Below, in pieces: positions 36,978 through 46,513 of a DNA stretch of 64,000 bases. Source of the DNA: a virus. Every line of letters begins with the position of its first letter. The stretch's first letter is position 1. The position numbers and the translations under genes are program-made. The notes beneath the pieces are model-generated. The model was not told the origin of the DNA. It worked only from the letters and a program-made list of their open reading frames with translations, and did no database searches. The stretch lies in the IMG/VR virus record IMGVR_UViG_3300028027_000061, one strand, 5' to 3'.

Positions 36978-38428
36978 AAAAACTAATCGCTCTATTCCTA
37001 CTATTCTTTGCAATTCCAGCATTCGCACAAGTTACAAACTATGGATTTGAGAATGGCGACTATGCTGGGTGGACAGCAAGTAATGGTAGCACAACACTAA
37101 GAACATCTTGGAGCGATTCAGGTAATGGCGTCCAAGTAACTACTGGTGTGCAAAATTATTGTCCAGGTGGTGGTAAGTGTTGGACAATTACACCATACGG
37201 TTCATACATGGTTTCTCTGCAAGCAGGCGGTAGTTCTCCACAATTTAATGCTGCAATGACAACACTTGGTCTGCAAAGTTCTACCATCACAACAATTAGA
37301 AATACCATTTACTCCAATGGTAACATGTATCCAACTAATGCTACTTCGATTAGTAGAACAGTCTTTCTTCAGGCAGGTGTTACATACACCTATGCTTGGC
37401 AATATCTTTCAACTGATTATGTTCCATACAATGATGGATCGATGATCACTGTTACTGGTGGACCTGGAACTGCGACTATTAATGGTCAGACACAAGACTA
37501 TGCTCTACTCGGATTTACGAACCAAGGTACTGGTAATTATTCGGTAGGATCTTATGGTGCTACTGGTTGGCAGGTCGCAGTGTTTACTGTTCCTACTGAT
37601 GGTAACTATCTTCTAGGATTTGCTTCGTTCAATCTAGGTGATACTGCATTGTCACCAATTCTATTCATCGACCAGATGCAAGGAACAACTTCACTGAATG
37701 GCACAACATTTACACCTGTTGCACCAAACGCTGGTTCTACTGCGCCACCGCCTCCTGCACCTGAACCACCTGCTCCAACATATCCTCTCGCTTCTATCAG
37801 CGCAAACCAATCATTGAAGATTAATCAAACAAATGCGATTACACAAAACTCTATCTATATCAATGTAACGGGCTCTAGCAATTCTGTTTACATCGAACAG
37901 TTCTCTAAGCAGAACCAAATCCGTGGTGTGAATGGCGCACAAGCAATGACGATTAATGGCAACAGCAACAGCGTAACTATTAATCAGGGAACAGCGACAA
38001 CACCAATTGGTAAGAACTTAGCAGAAGTTTCCGTTACTGGTAATAACAACATAGTCTCATTGACGCAACAACAAGGTAGCAAATACGCCGAGATTATCAC
38101 TAATGGTCTCGGTAATCAAATCTCAGCGCAACAAAAAGATGCTGGAGGAAAATCGTTGTTTATCAATGCTTTAGGAAACTCTAATAATATCAGTACCTTA
38201 CAACAGGGAACTGCTAACCATTTTCTAGATATCAGCGCACCATTTGGTGGAGTTACTGCATCCGTCACTCAATTAGGTTCTTCGATGAAGCAATTTCAAC
38301 TTTTACTAAATAGTCCTGGAATTGGTGTAACTGTCACGCAAAATAACTTGACCGCTGCCGACTCTGCGAAAATGGAAATAACATGCACGACTGGACCATG
38401 TAATGGATACTCTTATACAAAAAACTAA
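36974..38428 (+). CDS. secreted protein with N-terminal beta-sandwich/lectin-like domain and C-terminal curlin-type repeats
   Basis: Signal peptide. Pro-rich linker (APPPPAPEPPAPT). C-terminal repeats SIYINVTGSSNSVYIEQ / AMTINGNSNSVTINQG / EVSVTGNNNIVSLTQQ / LFINALGNSNNISTLQQG. Confidence 0.45.
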   Translation: MKKLIALFLLFFAIPAFAQVTNYGFENGDYAGWTASNGSTTLRTSWSDSGNGVQVTTGVQNYCPGGGKCWTITPYGSYMVSLQAGGSSPQFNAAMTTLGLQSSTITTIRNTIYSNGNMYPTNATSISRTVFLQAGVTYTYAWQYLSTDYVPYNDGSMITVTGGPGTATINGQTQDYALLGFTNQGTGNYSVGSYGATGWQVAVFTVPTDGNYLLGFASFNLGDTALSPILFIDQMQGTTSLNGTTFTPVAPNAGSTAPPPPAPEPPAPTYPLASISANQSLKINQTNAITQNSIYINVTGSSNSVYIEQFSKQNQIRGVNGAQAMTINGNSNSVTINQGTATTPIGKNLAEVSVTGNNNIVSLTQQQGSKYAEIITNGLGNQISAQQKDAGGKSLFINALGNSNNISTLQQGTANHFLDISAPFGGVTASVTQLGSSMKQFQLLLNSPGIGVTVTQNNLTAADSAKMEITCTTGPCNGYSYTKN

Positions 38429-40457
38429 AAAAGTTCTACTCTCGCCTTGGTTGGCACTAATTACTTTTGCGGTATTGTTAACAGTAAAACTAGCAAACCC
38501 ATACTTGGTTGAATCCACAAGATTGAAGTTTTATGATTATTTGATGCTCGGTTCACCGACGCAATCCGAACAAATTGTAACTGTTAATATTGGGGAGAAA
38601 GCAATTGAAAAATATGGACAGTGGCCTTTCCCTCGCGAAGTCCACGCTAAAATTATTAGCGATATTTATGGCAGAGGGGCTGCTCTTGTTGGTAGCACTA
38701 TACTTATGCCTGAGCCTGATCGTCTCGGCACTGACGGAGCTCTTGCTGATGCTCTGAGCAAGTATCCAGTAGTCCTGAGTCAGACAGTAACCGATTCATG
38801 TAAGGCAGGGAACCAGAATATCGCTCGGACTGGCGTTGCCGTCGTCGGCGACGGAGAAGCAACTGAATTTCTTCCTCAATACCCGTGCGTTCTAAGTAAT
38901 ATTCCACCTCTGCAAGAAGCAGCCGTCGGTGTAGGGATAACGTCGACTCTACCCGAGACTGATGGGGTTGTGAGGCGAGTTCCTCTTCTATCTCAATCAA
39001 AAGGCGAATACTATCCTGCATTTGCGATAGAGATGCTGCGTGTAGCTGCAGGAGACTCTTCGTATCAAGCGAAGATAAATCAGACTGGGGTCGAAGCATT
39101 ACGAATTCCTTCTTTTGAAACTATTAACACAGATGAATATGGAAGAACGTTCATTAATCCTAACTACCAATTTCCGTCATACGAAATTGGAGAGGATCCT
39201 TTACCTGTCCTGAGTGGTAAAATCGTGATTGTTGGCGTAACTGCTGCTGGTATTTCGAATCCTGTAGCGACTCCTTCAGGTGCGCAACATCCCCATCAAC
39301 TCCAGGCGAGTATTCTTGAAACTCTGATAAATGGGGATTCTGTTTCGGTTCCGAACTGGTCAGCAATTGCGGATCTTGCTGCATTTCTTGGTCTTGCTCT
39401 GGCATTGATCATTCTTTCTCGTTTTAGATTCTCTATAATTTATATTGCTATTTTACTCGGTGGATATTTCTATCTACCTGTTTATCTGTTCGCGAGCAAA
39501 GGTATTCTGTTCGATGTAACATTTAACATATTTGCTATTGCTCTCATCTATATTCACATCTTTACCGCAAAGTATATTTCTGAATATCTACAGAAGCAAC
39601 AAATTAAGAAACAGTTCGGAACCTATCTGTCACCAGATCTTGTTGCTCAGTTACAGAGACAACCAGAACTTCTGGCGCTTGGTGGCGACTCCCGAGAACT
39701 ATCAATTATGTTTACAGACGTTCGTGGATTCACTACAATCAGTGAACACTACGGCGAAGATGTTCAAGGTCTTACTAAGATTATGAACCGCTACATGACA
39801 GTGATGACAAGAGCAATCCTCGAGAACAAGGGGACACTAGACAAGTATATCGGCGATGCTCAAATGGCATTCTGGAATGCACCATTAGATAATAATAAAC
39901 ATGCCGTAGACGCAGTAAGAACTGCTTTTCAGATGTTAAAAGATTTGGAGACTTTCAATGAAGATATTAAAGAAGAAGGCATTCCAGCTTTCGGTATGGG
40001 TCTTGGTATTAACACTGCCACTGTGGTTGTTGGTAATATGGGCAGCGATCAGCGTTTCGATTATACTTGTTTGGGCGATGGCGTTAATCTGGCTGCTCGT
40101 CTCGAAGGTCAATCCAAACCTTATGGCGTCAAACTCGTCCTCGGACCACAAACTGCCGAATTGGTTGGGGATGTATACCAAGTAGTAGAACTTGACTTGA
40201 TTGCAGTTAAAGGTAAGACAGAACCTGCTAGAATATATACGGCATTCCCGTTCTTTGATGCAGCAGGACATTTACAACATGATAAGTTCTTACAACTGTA
40301 TCGTGAAGGTAAATGGGAAACTGCTAAAAAGTTTGCCAGCGACTTAAAGAAGTGCTGGCAAGGGGAGTTGGTAAATTACTATGACATGATGCTCGAGCGC
40401 ATGGAGGGTGAACCTCCTGCTAACTTCGACGGAATATATCGTGCAACGTCCAAGTAA
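38403..40457 (+). CDS. CHASE2-domain class III adenylate/guanylate cyclase
   Basis: N-terminal TM plus a large periplasmic domain. About four TM helices. C-terminal CYCc catalytic core (FTDVRGFTTISE ... YIGDAQMAFWNAP ... GLGINTATVVVGNMGS ... DYTCLGDGVNLAARLEG). Confidence 0.6.
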   Translation: MDTLIQKTKKVLLSPWLALITFAVLLTVKLANPYLVESTRLKFYDYLMLGSPTQSEQIVTVNIGEKAIEKYGQWPFPREVHAKIISDIYGRGAALVGSTILMPEPDRLGTDGALADALSKYPVVLSQTVTDSCKAGNQNIARTGVAVVGDGEATEFLPQYPCVLSNIPPLQEAAVGVGITSTLPETDGVVRRVPLLSQSKGEYYPAFAIEMLRVAAGDSSYQAKINQTGVEALRIPSFETINTDEYGRTFINPNYQFPSYEIGEDPLPVLSGKIVIVGVTAAGISNPVATPSGAQHPHQLQASILETLINGDSVSVPNWSAIADLAAFLGLALALIILSRFRFSIIYIAILLGGYFYLPVYLFASKGILFDVTFNIFAIALIYIHIFTAKYISEYLQKQQIKKQFGTYLSPDLVAQLQRQPELLALGGDSRELSIMFTDVRGFTTISEHYGEDVQGLTKIMNRYMTVMTRAILENKGTLDKYIGDAQMAFWNAPLDNNKHAVDAVRTAFQMLKDLETFNEDIKEEGIPAFGMGLGINTATVVVGNMGSDQRFDYTCLGDGVNLAARLEGQSKPYGVKLVLGPQTAELVGDVYQVVELDLIAVKGKTEPARIYTAFPFFDAAGHLQHDKFLQLYREGKWETAKKFASDLKKCWQGELVNYYDMMLERMEGEPPANFDGIYRATSK

Positions 40458-40620
40458 GTAGGAATGTATTTGGATTCTTAAAATCAAAATACACAGTATC
40501 TTCTGTCGGTTCTTCCTTTAGTGAATAGAGTTCGCTCTCAACTCGACCGAAGTGTTGATCGAGTTCCTGATCGTGAATTGATGTAGACATTAAAAACTTC
40601 TCCCAATTGTATGTCGGCAA
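40420..40620 (-). CDS. hypothetical small protein (doubtful)
   Basis: ORF overlaps the cyclase 3' end by 37 nt. Confidence 0.2.
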   Translation of the reverse strand: MPTYNWEKFLMSTSIHDQELDQHFGRVESELYSLKEEPTEDTVYFDFKNPNTFLLTWTLHDIFRRS

Positions 40621-40805
40621 AATTGCCGAAATAGTTCCTCAAAATCGCCTCTCTTGTAGACCCATGCATCATAAAGACTCTGTGCGACAGGAATATCGCT
40701 ACTTGACTTACTAACGTAGTAACCTCGATCTGTGAGTTCTTCGATCAGATCCTGATCATCAAAGTCATCCATATAAACTTCGACTTCTGTAGTAATGCTA
40801 ACCAT
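40590..40805 (-). CDS. hypothetical acidic protein
   Basis: 71-aa ORF on the minus strand. Confidence 0.35.
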   Translation of the reverse strand: MVSITTEVEVYMDDFDDQDLIEELTDRGYYVSKSSSDIPVAQSLYDAWVYKRGDFEELFRQFCRHTIGRSF

Positions 40806-41011
40806 TATGCTGCAATCCTTTTCTTATATTCAAGACGACCTTCAAGGTATTCCTCGAAAGATTTATAAGTGGGAACACCGTTCGCTTCGAGTTCGAAGTT
40901 TATTTGAGCGAACTCTTCAAGTTCGTATCCCCAACCATTCCACGGAATCCCGAGGAGTTCCAACAATTCTTCTTCACGAGAAATTATTTCAACAGTCATC
41001 ATATTCTCCAT
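40805..41011 (-). CDS. hypothetical acidic protein (start MENMMTVEI...)
   Basis: The minus-strand promoter gggcttgactttt ... tatagt lies directly upstream (41015-41055). The track's longer 149-aa version would run through that promoter, so it is rejected. Confidence 0.4.
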   Translation of the reverse strand: MENMMTVEIISREEELLELLGIPWNGWGYELEEFAQINFELEANGVPTYKSFEEYLEGRLEYKKRIAA

Positions 41012-41014
41012 CAC

Positions 41015-41055
41015 AATATATTCACTATACCCTAGTTTATGGTAAAAGTCAAGCC
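41015..41055 (-). promoter_or_regulatory. minus-strand early promoter (GGGCTTGACT-N-TATAGT)
   Basis: The reverse complement reads ttagggcttgacttttaccataaactagggtatagtgaat. Confidence 0.5.
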
Positions 41056-41060
41056 CTAAA

Positions 41061-41339
41061 TTACATTCGGTAATATTTTTGTCGATAATATAGGGCGGAC
41101 TCAAGATGAAATTCGTCGTGGCGTTCCCAGAAAGACATTTTCCGTTCAGCGATTTCAATTTCTTTTCCGGCTTGAATTTTCTCTTTAGGATCAGGCGAAT
41201 TCCCAAAAATGTGACGCAGAACAAAATGGTTATAGGAATGATTCGCCCAAGCACTATTAGGGTTCATTTTACGAATCAGGAACGGATCAAAATCCTTTTT
41301 GTTCTTGGCATTACCAGACGTTTCATAAAAAATAGACAT
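41061..41339 (-). CDS. hypothetical protein
   Basis: Minus-strand ORF with RBS ggagg. Preceded by a minus-strand promoter. Confidence 0.4.
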   Translation of the reverse strand: MSIFYETSGNAKNKKDFDPFLIRKMNPNSAWANHSYNHFVLRHIFGNSPDPKEKIQAGKEIEIAERKMSFWERHDEFHLESALYYRQKYYRM

Positions 41340-41354
41340 TATTTTTCCTCCAAT

Positions 41355-41394
41355 CGTGAATGTTCATTCTACTCCATTTTAATCAAATTGTCAA
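41355..41394 (-). promoter_or_regulatory. minus-strand early promoter GGGGCTTGACA-N17-TAGAAT
   Basis: Reverse complement ggggcttgacaatttgattaaaatggagtagaatg. Back-to-back with the plus-strand promoter at 41400-41437. Confidence 0.5.
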
Positions 41395-41399
41395 GCCCC

Positions 41400-41437
41400 T
41401 ATTTTTAGCTTGACATTTTCCATTAGATAAGGTATAA
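41400..41437 (+). promoter_or_regulatory. plus-strand early promoter TTGACA-N17-TATAAG (divergent pair)
   Basis: agcttgacattttccattagataaggtataagagt. Confidence 0.45.
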
Positions 41438-41468
41438 GAGTATGTTGAGTTAGAAAAAGGATTTTGTT

Positions 41469-41870
41469 ATGACTATGCACCTGATGTCTCATGCGTATAC
41501 CACCACTAATACGAAGAAGCGCAAGACTTCTAATAAGGGTGTGACTGCCAAGTATGCACAGGACTGGGTGGATTACAACAAGCAGATGAAGCGGATTGGT
41601 TGTAAGACCAAAACGTTCGACGAGTATGTCCAATATCGTCAAGGCAATTACAAACCCAAGTTGCGTGGCACACCTCTCCCTGACTACCAAGTCAGCGACC
41701 ATCGTCAGAAGTATCCTTCTGGTGACGGTATTGGCGTAACCTTCGCTCGCAAAGAGAATACATATACAGGTACGCTGATCAAAGGAATCGCCACCATGCA
41801 TAAATCTAATGCAGTTCCCATTATAAATGATGAGCAAGCAATTGAAGTAGCAAGGATGCGACGAGGATGA
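41469..41870 (+). CDS. basic hypothetical protein (first gene of the radical-SAM operon)
   Basis: 133 aa. K/R/T-rich N-terminus. Confidence 0.4.
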   Translation: MTMHLMSHAYTTTNTKKRKTSNKGVTAKYAQDWVDYNKQMKRIGCKTKTFDEYVQYRQGNYKPKLRGTPLPDYQVSDHRQKYPSGDGIGVTFARKENTYTGTLIKGIATMHKSNAVPIINDEQAIEVARMRRG

Positions 41871-43186
41871 ATGTACGGGAAACATTAGATTCCGTTGGTA
41901 AGGGATTTTGTCCACAGAAATGGAGATGGCTTGGTCTCTCTTTACATACAGGACAATCTCATAGTTGTTATCATCCTCCATTTTTAACAGTTCCACTCGA
42001 TGAGATTAAATTAGATCCGTCTGCTCTACATAACAATTCTTCTGCAAAACAAGATCGAAAGAAAATGCTCGAGGGCGGAAGACCTGACGGGTGCACATTT
42101 TGTTGGAACATCGAGGATATCGGAGGAAAAAGCGATCGTATTTTACGAAACTATCCGTCAAAAAATAGTATGCTCGATTACATGTCCGAAACAGAAGTTC
42201 TACGCAATACTCCATGGGATTCTAATGTAAATCCATACATGGTAGAAGTTAGTTTTTCTAACTCCTGTAATTTTAAGTGTGGTTACTGTTGTCCGTCGGT
42301 CTCTTCTCTGTGGGAAGATGAAGTAAACCAACATGGTAATTATGATTTACAGTACGACCAATATGGGATAAACGGTAAGATATATTCTGAGAAAGAATAC
42401 AATCCATATGTTGAAGCATTCTGGAAATGGTGGCCTGATTTAAAAAATGATTTGAGGATTTTTCGAATTACTGGCGGTGAACCTCTGATGACAACAAACA
42501 CATTCAAACTATTAGATATGCTGAAGGAAGACGGTAATCCTGAATTATCGCTCCAAATAAACACAAATCTGGGAGTGAGTAATCGCAAAGTTAAAGATTT
42601 CTGTGGGCGAGTGCAGGAATTGGTTGAAATAAACCATATTAAAAATTTTAGACTATTCACCAGTCTTGAGTGCACAGATAAGCAAGCAGAATATATTCGT
42701 CGTGGTCTAAACTATGAATTGTTCTTGGAAAATGTTAACACTGTTCTAGAAACGGTGCCGACTGCATATCTAAGTTTCATGTCAACATATAACGTTCTTA
42801 CGGTTCCCTACTTCAAAGATTTTTTGCAGTTAATTGTAGAACTTCGCAAAAAGTGGGGTGATCGGATTCTTATGGATATTCCGCACCTTAAAGAACCACC
42901 TCATTGGACAATGAATATTCTTCCAAAATCATGGGGTGTGCACATAGATAATGACGTTGAATTTATGCTCCTGGATGGAGGATTTCGAGATGTTGAGATT
43001 GCTAAAATGAAACGGGTGCGTGATTATTTTTATAATGACACACATAACATAACAGAAGAATATAGATTGAATGCTAGAAAAGATTTTGCCAAGTTCTTTC
43101 CGGAATATGACCGTAGAAGCAACAGTAATTTGGCAGAAACGTTTCCCGAATTTATAGAATTTTTAGAATGGTGTAAGGAATTATAA
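41867..43186 (+). CDS. radical SAM enzyme, paralog 1 (N-terminal Cys motif read as SPASM-like)
   Basis: CxxxCxxC SNSCNFKCGYCCP. GGEP motif FRITGGEPLM. N-terminal FCPQKW ... SCYHP ... GCTFCW Cys motif. Confidence 0.6.
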   Translation: MNVRETLDSVGKGFCPQKWRWLGLSLHTGQSHSCYHPPFLTVPLDEIKLDPSALHNNSSAKQDRKKMLEGGRPDGCTFCWNIEDIGGKSDRILRNYPSKNSMLDYMSETEVLRNTPWDSNVNPYMVEVSFSNSCNFKCGYCCPSVSSLWEDEVNQHGNYDLQYDQYGINGKIYSEKEYNPYVEAFWKWWPDLKNDLRIFRITGGEPLMTTNTFKLLDMLKEDGNPELSLQINTNLGVSNRKVKDFCGRVQELVEINHIKNFRLFTSLECTDKQAEYIRRGLNYELFLENVNTVLETVPTAYLSFMSTYNVLTVPYFKDFLQLIVELRKKWGDRILMDIPHLKEPPHWTMNILPKSWGVHIDNDVEFMLLDGGFRDVEIAKMKRVRDYFYNDTHNITEEYRLNARKDFAKFFPEYDRRSNSNLAETFPEFIEFLEWCKEL

Positions 43187-43189
43187 GAC

Positions 43190-43774
43190 ATGGTTAATTT
43201 TGATGTTGTAATGTTATGGATGCAATACATCCGTAATAATCCAGAGAATGCATATCGTTTCTCGGAAAACTTTTGGCCGAGTCAGATCGAAAGTAAGAAA
43301 TGGTTGCTTGAACACGTAACTCCAATGGATCGATCTATCGTAATTTTCGGTGGATGGTATGGAGTTCTTGCACAGTTTATTGCACATAAATTTCCAGATG
43401 CCCGAATTCTAACCACAGATTTAGATTCTAGTTGTAGGCATGTATTCGCTGCTATCGACGAATGTTATCACGATATTGTCTTCCGTCAACATGACATGAA
43501 AAATGGTATGCCAATCAACGTACACCCCGATCTGGTGATCAATACCAGCAGCGAGCATGTTACGCAAGAAGTTTACGATGCTTGGTGGGACTCTATCCCT
43601 AGCACGACTAAATATATCGTCCAAGGAAATAATCTAGAAAATCCTGAGCATGTTCGTCTTGCTAATAGTCTAGAGGAATTCTTAAAAATCAACAACATTG
43701 AAGATCCGCAATATGCAGGTATGTTGAAGTGTGGGCATTTCTATAGATACATGGCAGTGGGTTATAAAAAATGA
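43190..43774 (+). CDS. small class I SAM-dependent methyltransferase-like
   Basis: Rossmann motif VIFGGWYGVLAQ. Acidic TTDLD. Later VINTSSEH. Confidence 0.4.
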   Translation: MVNFDVVMLWMQYIRNNPENAYRFSENFWPSQIESKKWLLEHVTPMDRSIVIFGGWYGVLAQFIAHKFPDARILTTDLDSSCRHVFAAIDECYHDIVFRQHDMKNGMPINVHPDLVINTSSEHVTQEVYDAWWDSIPSTTKYIVQGNNLENPEHVRLANSLEEFLKINNIEDPQYAGMLKCGHFYRYMAVGYKK

Positions 43775-45195
43775 GTGATAGTGCGCACGAAGAGCATAAT
43801 CTAGACGTCCATTCAGTAGATTCATACTGGAATTTTCTCAAAGAAAAACGAGAAGTAATCAACGCAGTTAGTCCATCTTTTTGTGCAGCAAAATGGAAAC
43901 AATCAACCATTCTTTTGTATAGCGGTGAGACACATAGTTGCCACCATCCCTCGCGACACAAGATTACTCTAGAAGATATTAAAGATAATCCACGTGGTAT
44001 TCACAATACTGCTGTTAAAAAGGCAGCACGTATTGACATGCTTAATGGCGTACAAACCAAAGAATGCGATTATTGTTGGAAGATTGAGAATCTAAACAAA
44101 GATTGGATGAGTGATCGGATATACAAATCCACATATTCGTGGGCGCTACCGCACATTGATGAAATTGTCAAATCTGGCGATGGTGCGAATATCGATCCGT
44201 CATATCTGGAAGTTGCATTCGAATCTACTTGCAATTTTAAATGCGTATATTGTAGTCCAGAAAGTTCTTCTAGATGGCAAGAAGAAATCGAAACTCATGG
44301 TCCGATCGAACTAGAAGATTTCAAATTACACGATCTTGAATGGTTGAAGGAAGTTGGAAAACTTCCAATTCATCGCAAAGAACAAAATCCATATATTGAT
44401 GCTTTCTGGGAGTGGTGGCCTGACCTCTATCCCAATTTACATACGTTTAGAATAACTGGTGGTGAACCCTTGCTCAGTAAACATACTTGGCGAGTTCTTG
44501 ATTATATCGCGGAGAACCCAAATCCTAATTTGACACTCGCGATTAATACTAATCTCAATGTTCCTGATAAATTAGTCGAGAAATTGGTGGAATACATCAA
44601 TAGAATCTCTTGCAATATTAAACTGTTTGACGTATACACATCATTAGAGAGCACTGGTAAACATGCTGAGTATTCTAGATTTGGTATGCAATTTGATGAG
44701 TTTAAGAAGAACTGTAAGTATGTCTTAGATAATACGCCGAATACAACACGGTTGCATTACATGACAACCATAAATTTAACAAGCGCACCAACTCTTCTGG
44801 AATATTTGGAATATATCAGAGAAATGCGATTGAAATATTACAGTAAGATACATGAATTTAGAGTAAGAACTCATCTGTCATATCTACGGTGGCCGAGAAT
44901 GTTATGCTTAACCTTACTTTCAGAAGAAGATAAAAAACGATTTGGCGATTCTTGGATAGAATATGTTGACAAACATAAATTAACTTCTAGAAAATCAATC
45001 GAGGAAACGTTTTACTTAGAAGAAGTTGATCAAGTAAAGCGATTAGTTGACTACATGAGATCGACAAAAGAATCGCAGTCTTTATATAAAGATTTTAGAA
45101 ACTATACTCGCAGTTTGGATAAACGCAGGAAAACATCTTTCGTAGACACCTTCCCAGAACTTGCATATTTGATGGATGATGACTATTATGGATGA
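43771..45195 (+). CDS. radical SAM enzyme, paralog 2
   Basis: STCNFKCVYCSP. FRITGGEPLL. N-terminal FCAAKW ... SCHHP ... ECDYCW. Confidence 0.6.
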   Translation: MSDSAHEEHNLDVHSVDSYWNFLKEKREVINAVSPSFCAAKWKQSTILLYSGETHSCHHPSRHKITLEDIKDNPRGIHNTAVKKAARIDMLNGVQTKECDYCWKIENLNKDWMSDRIYKSTYSWALPHIDEIVKSGDGANIDPSYLEVAFESTCNFKCVYCSPESSSRWQEEIETHGPIELEDFKLHDLEWLKEVGKLPIHRKEQNPYIDAFWEWWPDLYPNLHTFRITGGEPLLSKHTWRVLDYIAENPNPNLTLAINTNLNVPDKLVEKLVEYINRISCNIKLFDVYTSLESTGKHAEYSRFGMQFDEFKKNCKYVLDNTPNTTRLHYMTTINLTSAPTLLEYLEYIREMRLKYYSKIHEFRVRTHLSYLRWPRMLCLTLLSEEDKKRFGDSWIEYVDKHKLTSRKSIEETFYLEEVDQVKRLVDYMRSTKESQSLYKDFRNYTRSLDKRRKTSFVDTFPELAYLMDDDYYG

Positions 45196-46513
45196 CGGAT
45201 TACTTCAATTCAGAAACAGTATACTAAATTCTAAATCTGCATCGTTTTGCGGCGCAAAATGGGGCAATAGTACACTGTGGTTAAACAGTGGAGAAACCAG
45301 CAGCTGCCATCTTCCTCCTGTTCATAAAATAGATCCAGAGCAAATTTTATCAGATCCAGCAAAACTGCATAATACTGATCATAAAAGTAAGATGCGACAA
45401 CTTATGAAAGATGGGCATAAACCTTCTGAGTGCGATTACTGCTGGAAGATCGAGAGCATGGGACCCGATTATATTTCAGATCGTGTTTTTAAGTCGTTGC
45501 AGTTTACACCAGAAGAAATGCAATCTTGGTTTGATAAACCAGCAGATGCTCGTATTATCCCGCCTACATTAGAAGTTATGTTTGATAGAACCTGTAATTT
45601 TGCATGCAGTTATTGTAATGCAAATTTTAGCACAACTTGGGAACGAGATATAAAGAAGCACGGACATTATAATCTTGAAACTGCAGGTGGTGGGGCGTTC
45701 AAGCATGATGGTACTACAAATAATTGTCACGAGAAAACAGAAAATCCATATATCAAAGCATTTTGGGAATGGTGGCCAGAACTTAGTAAAGAACTTCGCA
45801 CACTAAGAGTTACTGGTGGTGAACCGCTGATGAGCACAGATGTTTGGAAATTAATAGATCTGTTTGCAGAAGAGAAATACAAATTCGAATTAGGAATCAA
45901 TAGCAACCTTGGTGCAAAAAAATCCATCATAGATAGACTAATAGAGAGATCGCACGATATTAATAATCTTACTATCTTCACAAGTATGGAAACTACGGGT
46001 GCGCAAGCAGAGTATATTCGTGATGGATTAGATTATAACTCTTGGTGCGATAATGTTGAGCGGATTCTTGGAGAATCTAATGTGAAACGTATCGTTGTTA
46101 TGATGACGATTAATGCATTGTGTCTCTTCAACGTAACTGAAATTATGGATCAAATTATGCTATGGAAACGTCGTTATGGAAATCGTATAAGCATGAGTAT
46201 AAACTTTCTTCGGTTTCCTGCGTTTCAGAGTCTAACTGTTTTGCCAGATTCTATTAGGGAAACTGCTTACCAGAATCTTAGTGATTGGATCCAGAAAAAT
46301 AGAGACAATCCCGATCTTATGTTTACCGAGAAGAGTGATGTTGAACGATTAATTTCGTATGTAAATATCATTGAAACACCGCATTCTTACGATACTGATC
46401 TTGAGAAGAATCGCAAAGATTTTAAAAAGTTTTATTCTCAATATAGTTATCGTAGGAATAAACCAATAGATGTATTTCCACAGGAGTTTTTACAATGGTT
46501 CAATACTCTTTAA
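45176..46513 (+). CDS. radical SAM enzyme, paralog 3
   Basis: RTCNFACSYCNA. LRVTGGEPLM. N-terminal FCGAKW ... SCHLP ... ECDYCW. Confidence 0.6.
   Translation: MMTIMDDGLLQFRNSILNSKSASFCGAKWGNSTLWLNSGETSSCHLPPVHKIDPEQILSDPAKLHNTDHKSKMRQLMKDGHKPSECDYCWKIESMGPDYISDRVFKSLQFTPEEMQSWFDKPADARIIPPTLEVMFDRTCNFACSYCNANFSTTWERDIKKHGHYNLETAGGGAFKHDGTTNNCHEKTENPYIKAFWEWWPELSKELRTLRVTGGEPLMSTDVWKLIDLFAEEKYKFELGINSNLGAKKSIIDRLIERSHDINNLTIFTSMETTGAQAEYIRDGLDYNSWCDNVERILGESNVKRIVVMMTINALCLFNVTEIMDQIMLWKRRYGNRISMSINFLRFPAFQSLTVLPDSIRETAYQNLSDWIQKNRDNPDLMFTEKSDVERLISYVNIIETPHSYDTDLEKNRKDFKKFYSQYSYRRNKPIDVFPQEFLQWFNTL

Noticed and set aside
40462-40495. Imperfect hairpin (gtatttggatt ... aatcaaaatac) after the cyclase gene
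   Set aside because: One mismatch, no U-tract, and it lies inside a possible minus-strand ORF. Not confident as a terminator.
40805-41254. 149-aa minus-strand ORF
   Set aside because: Its N-terminal half runs through the minus-strand promoter (41015-41055) and overlaps ORF 41061-41339. Only the C-terminal 68 aa (from MENMM) is kept.
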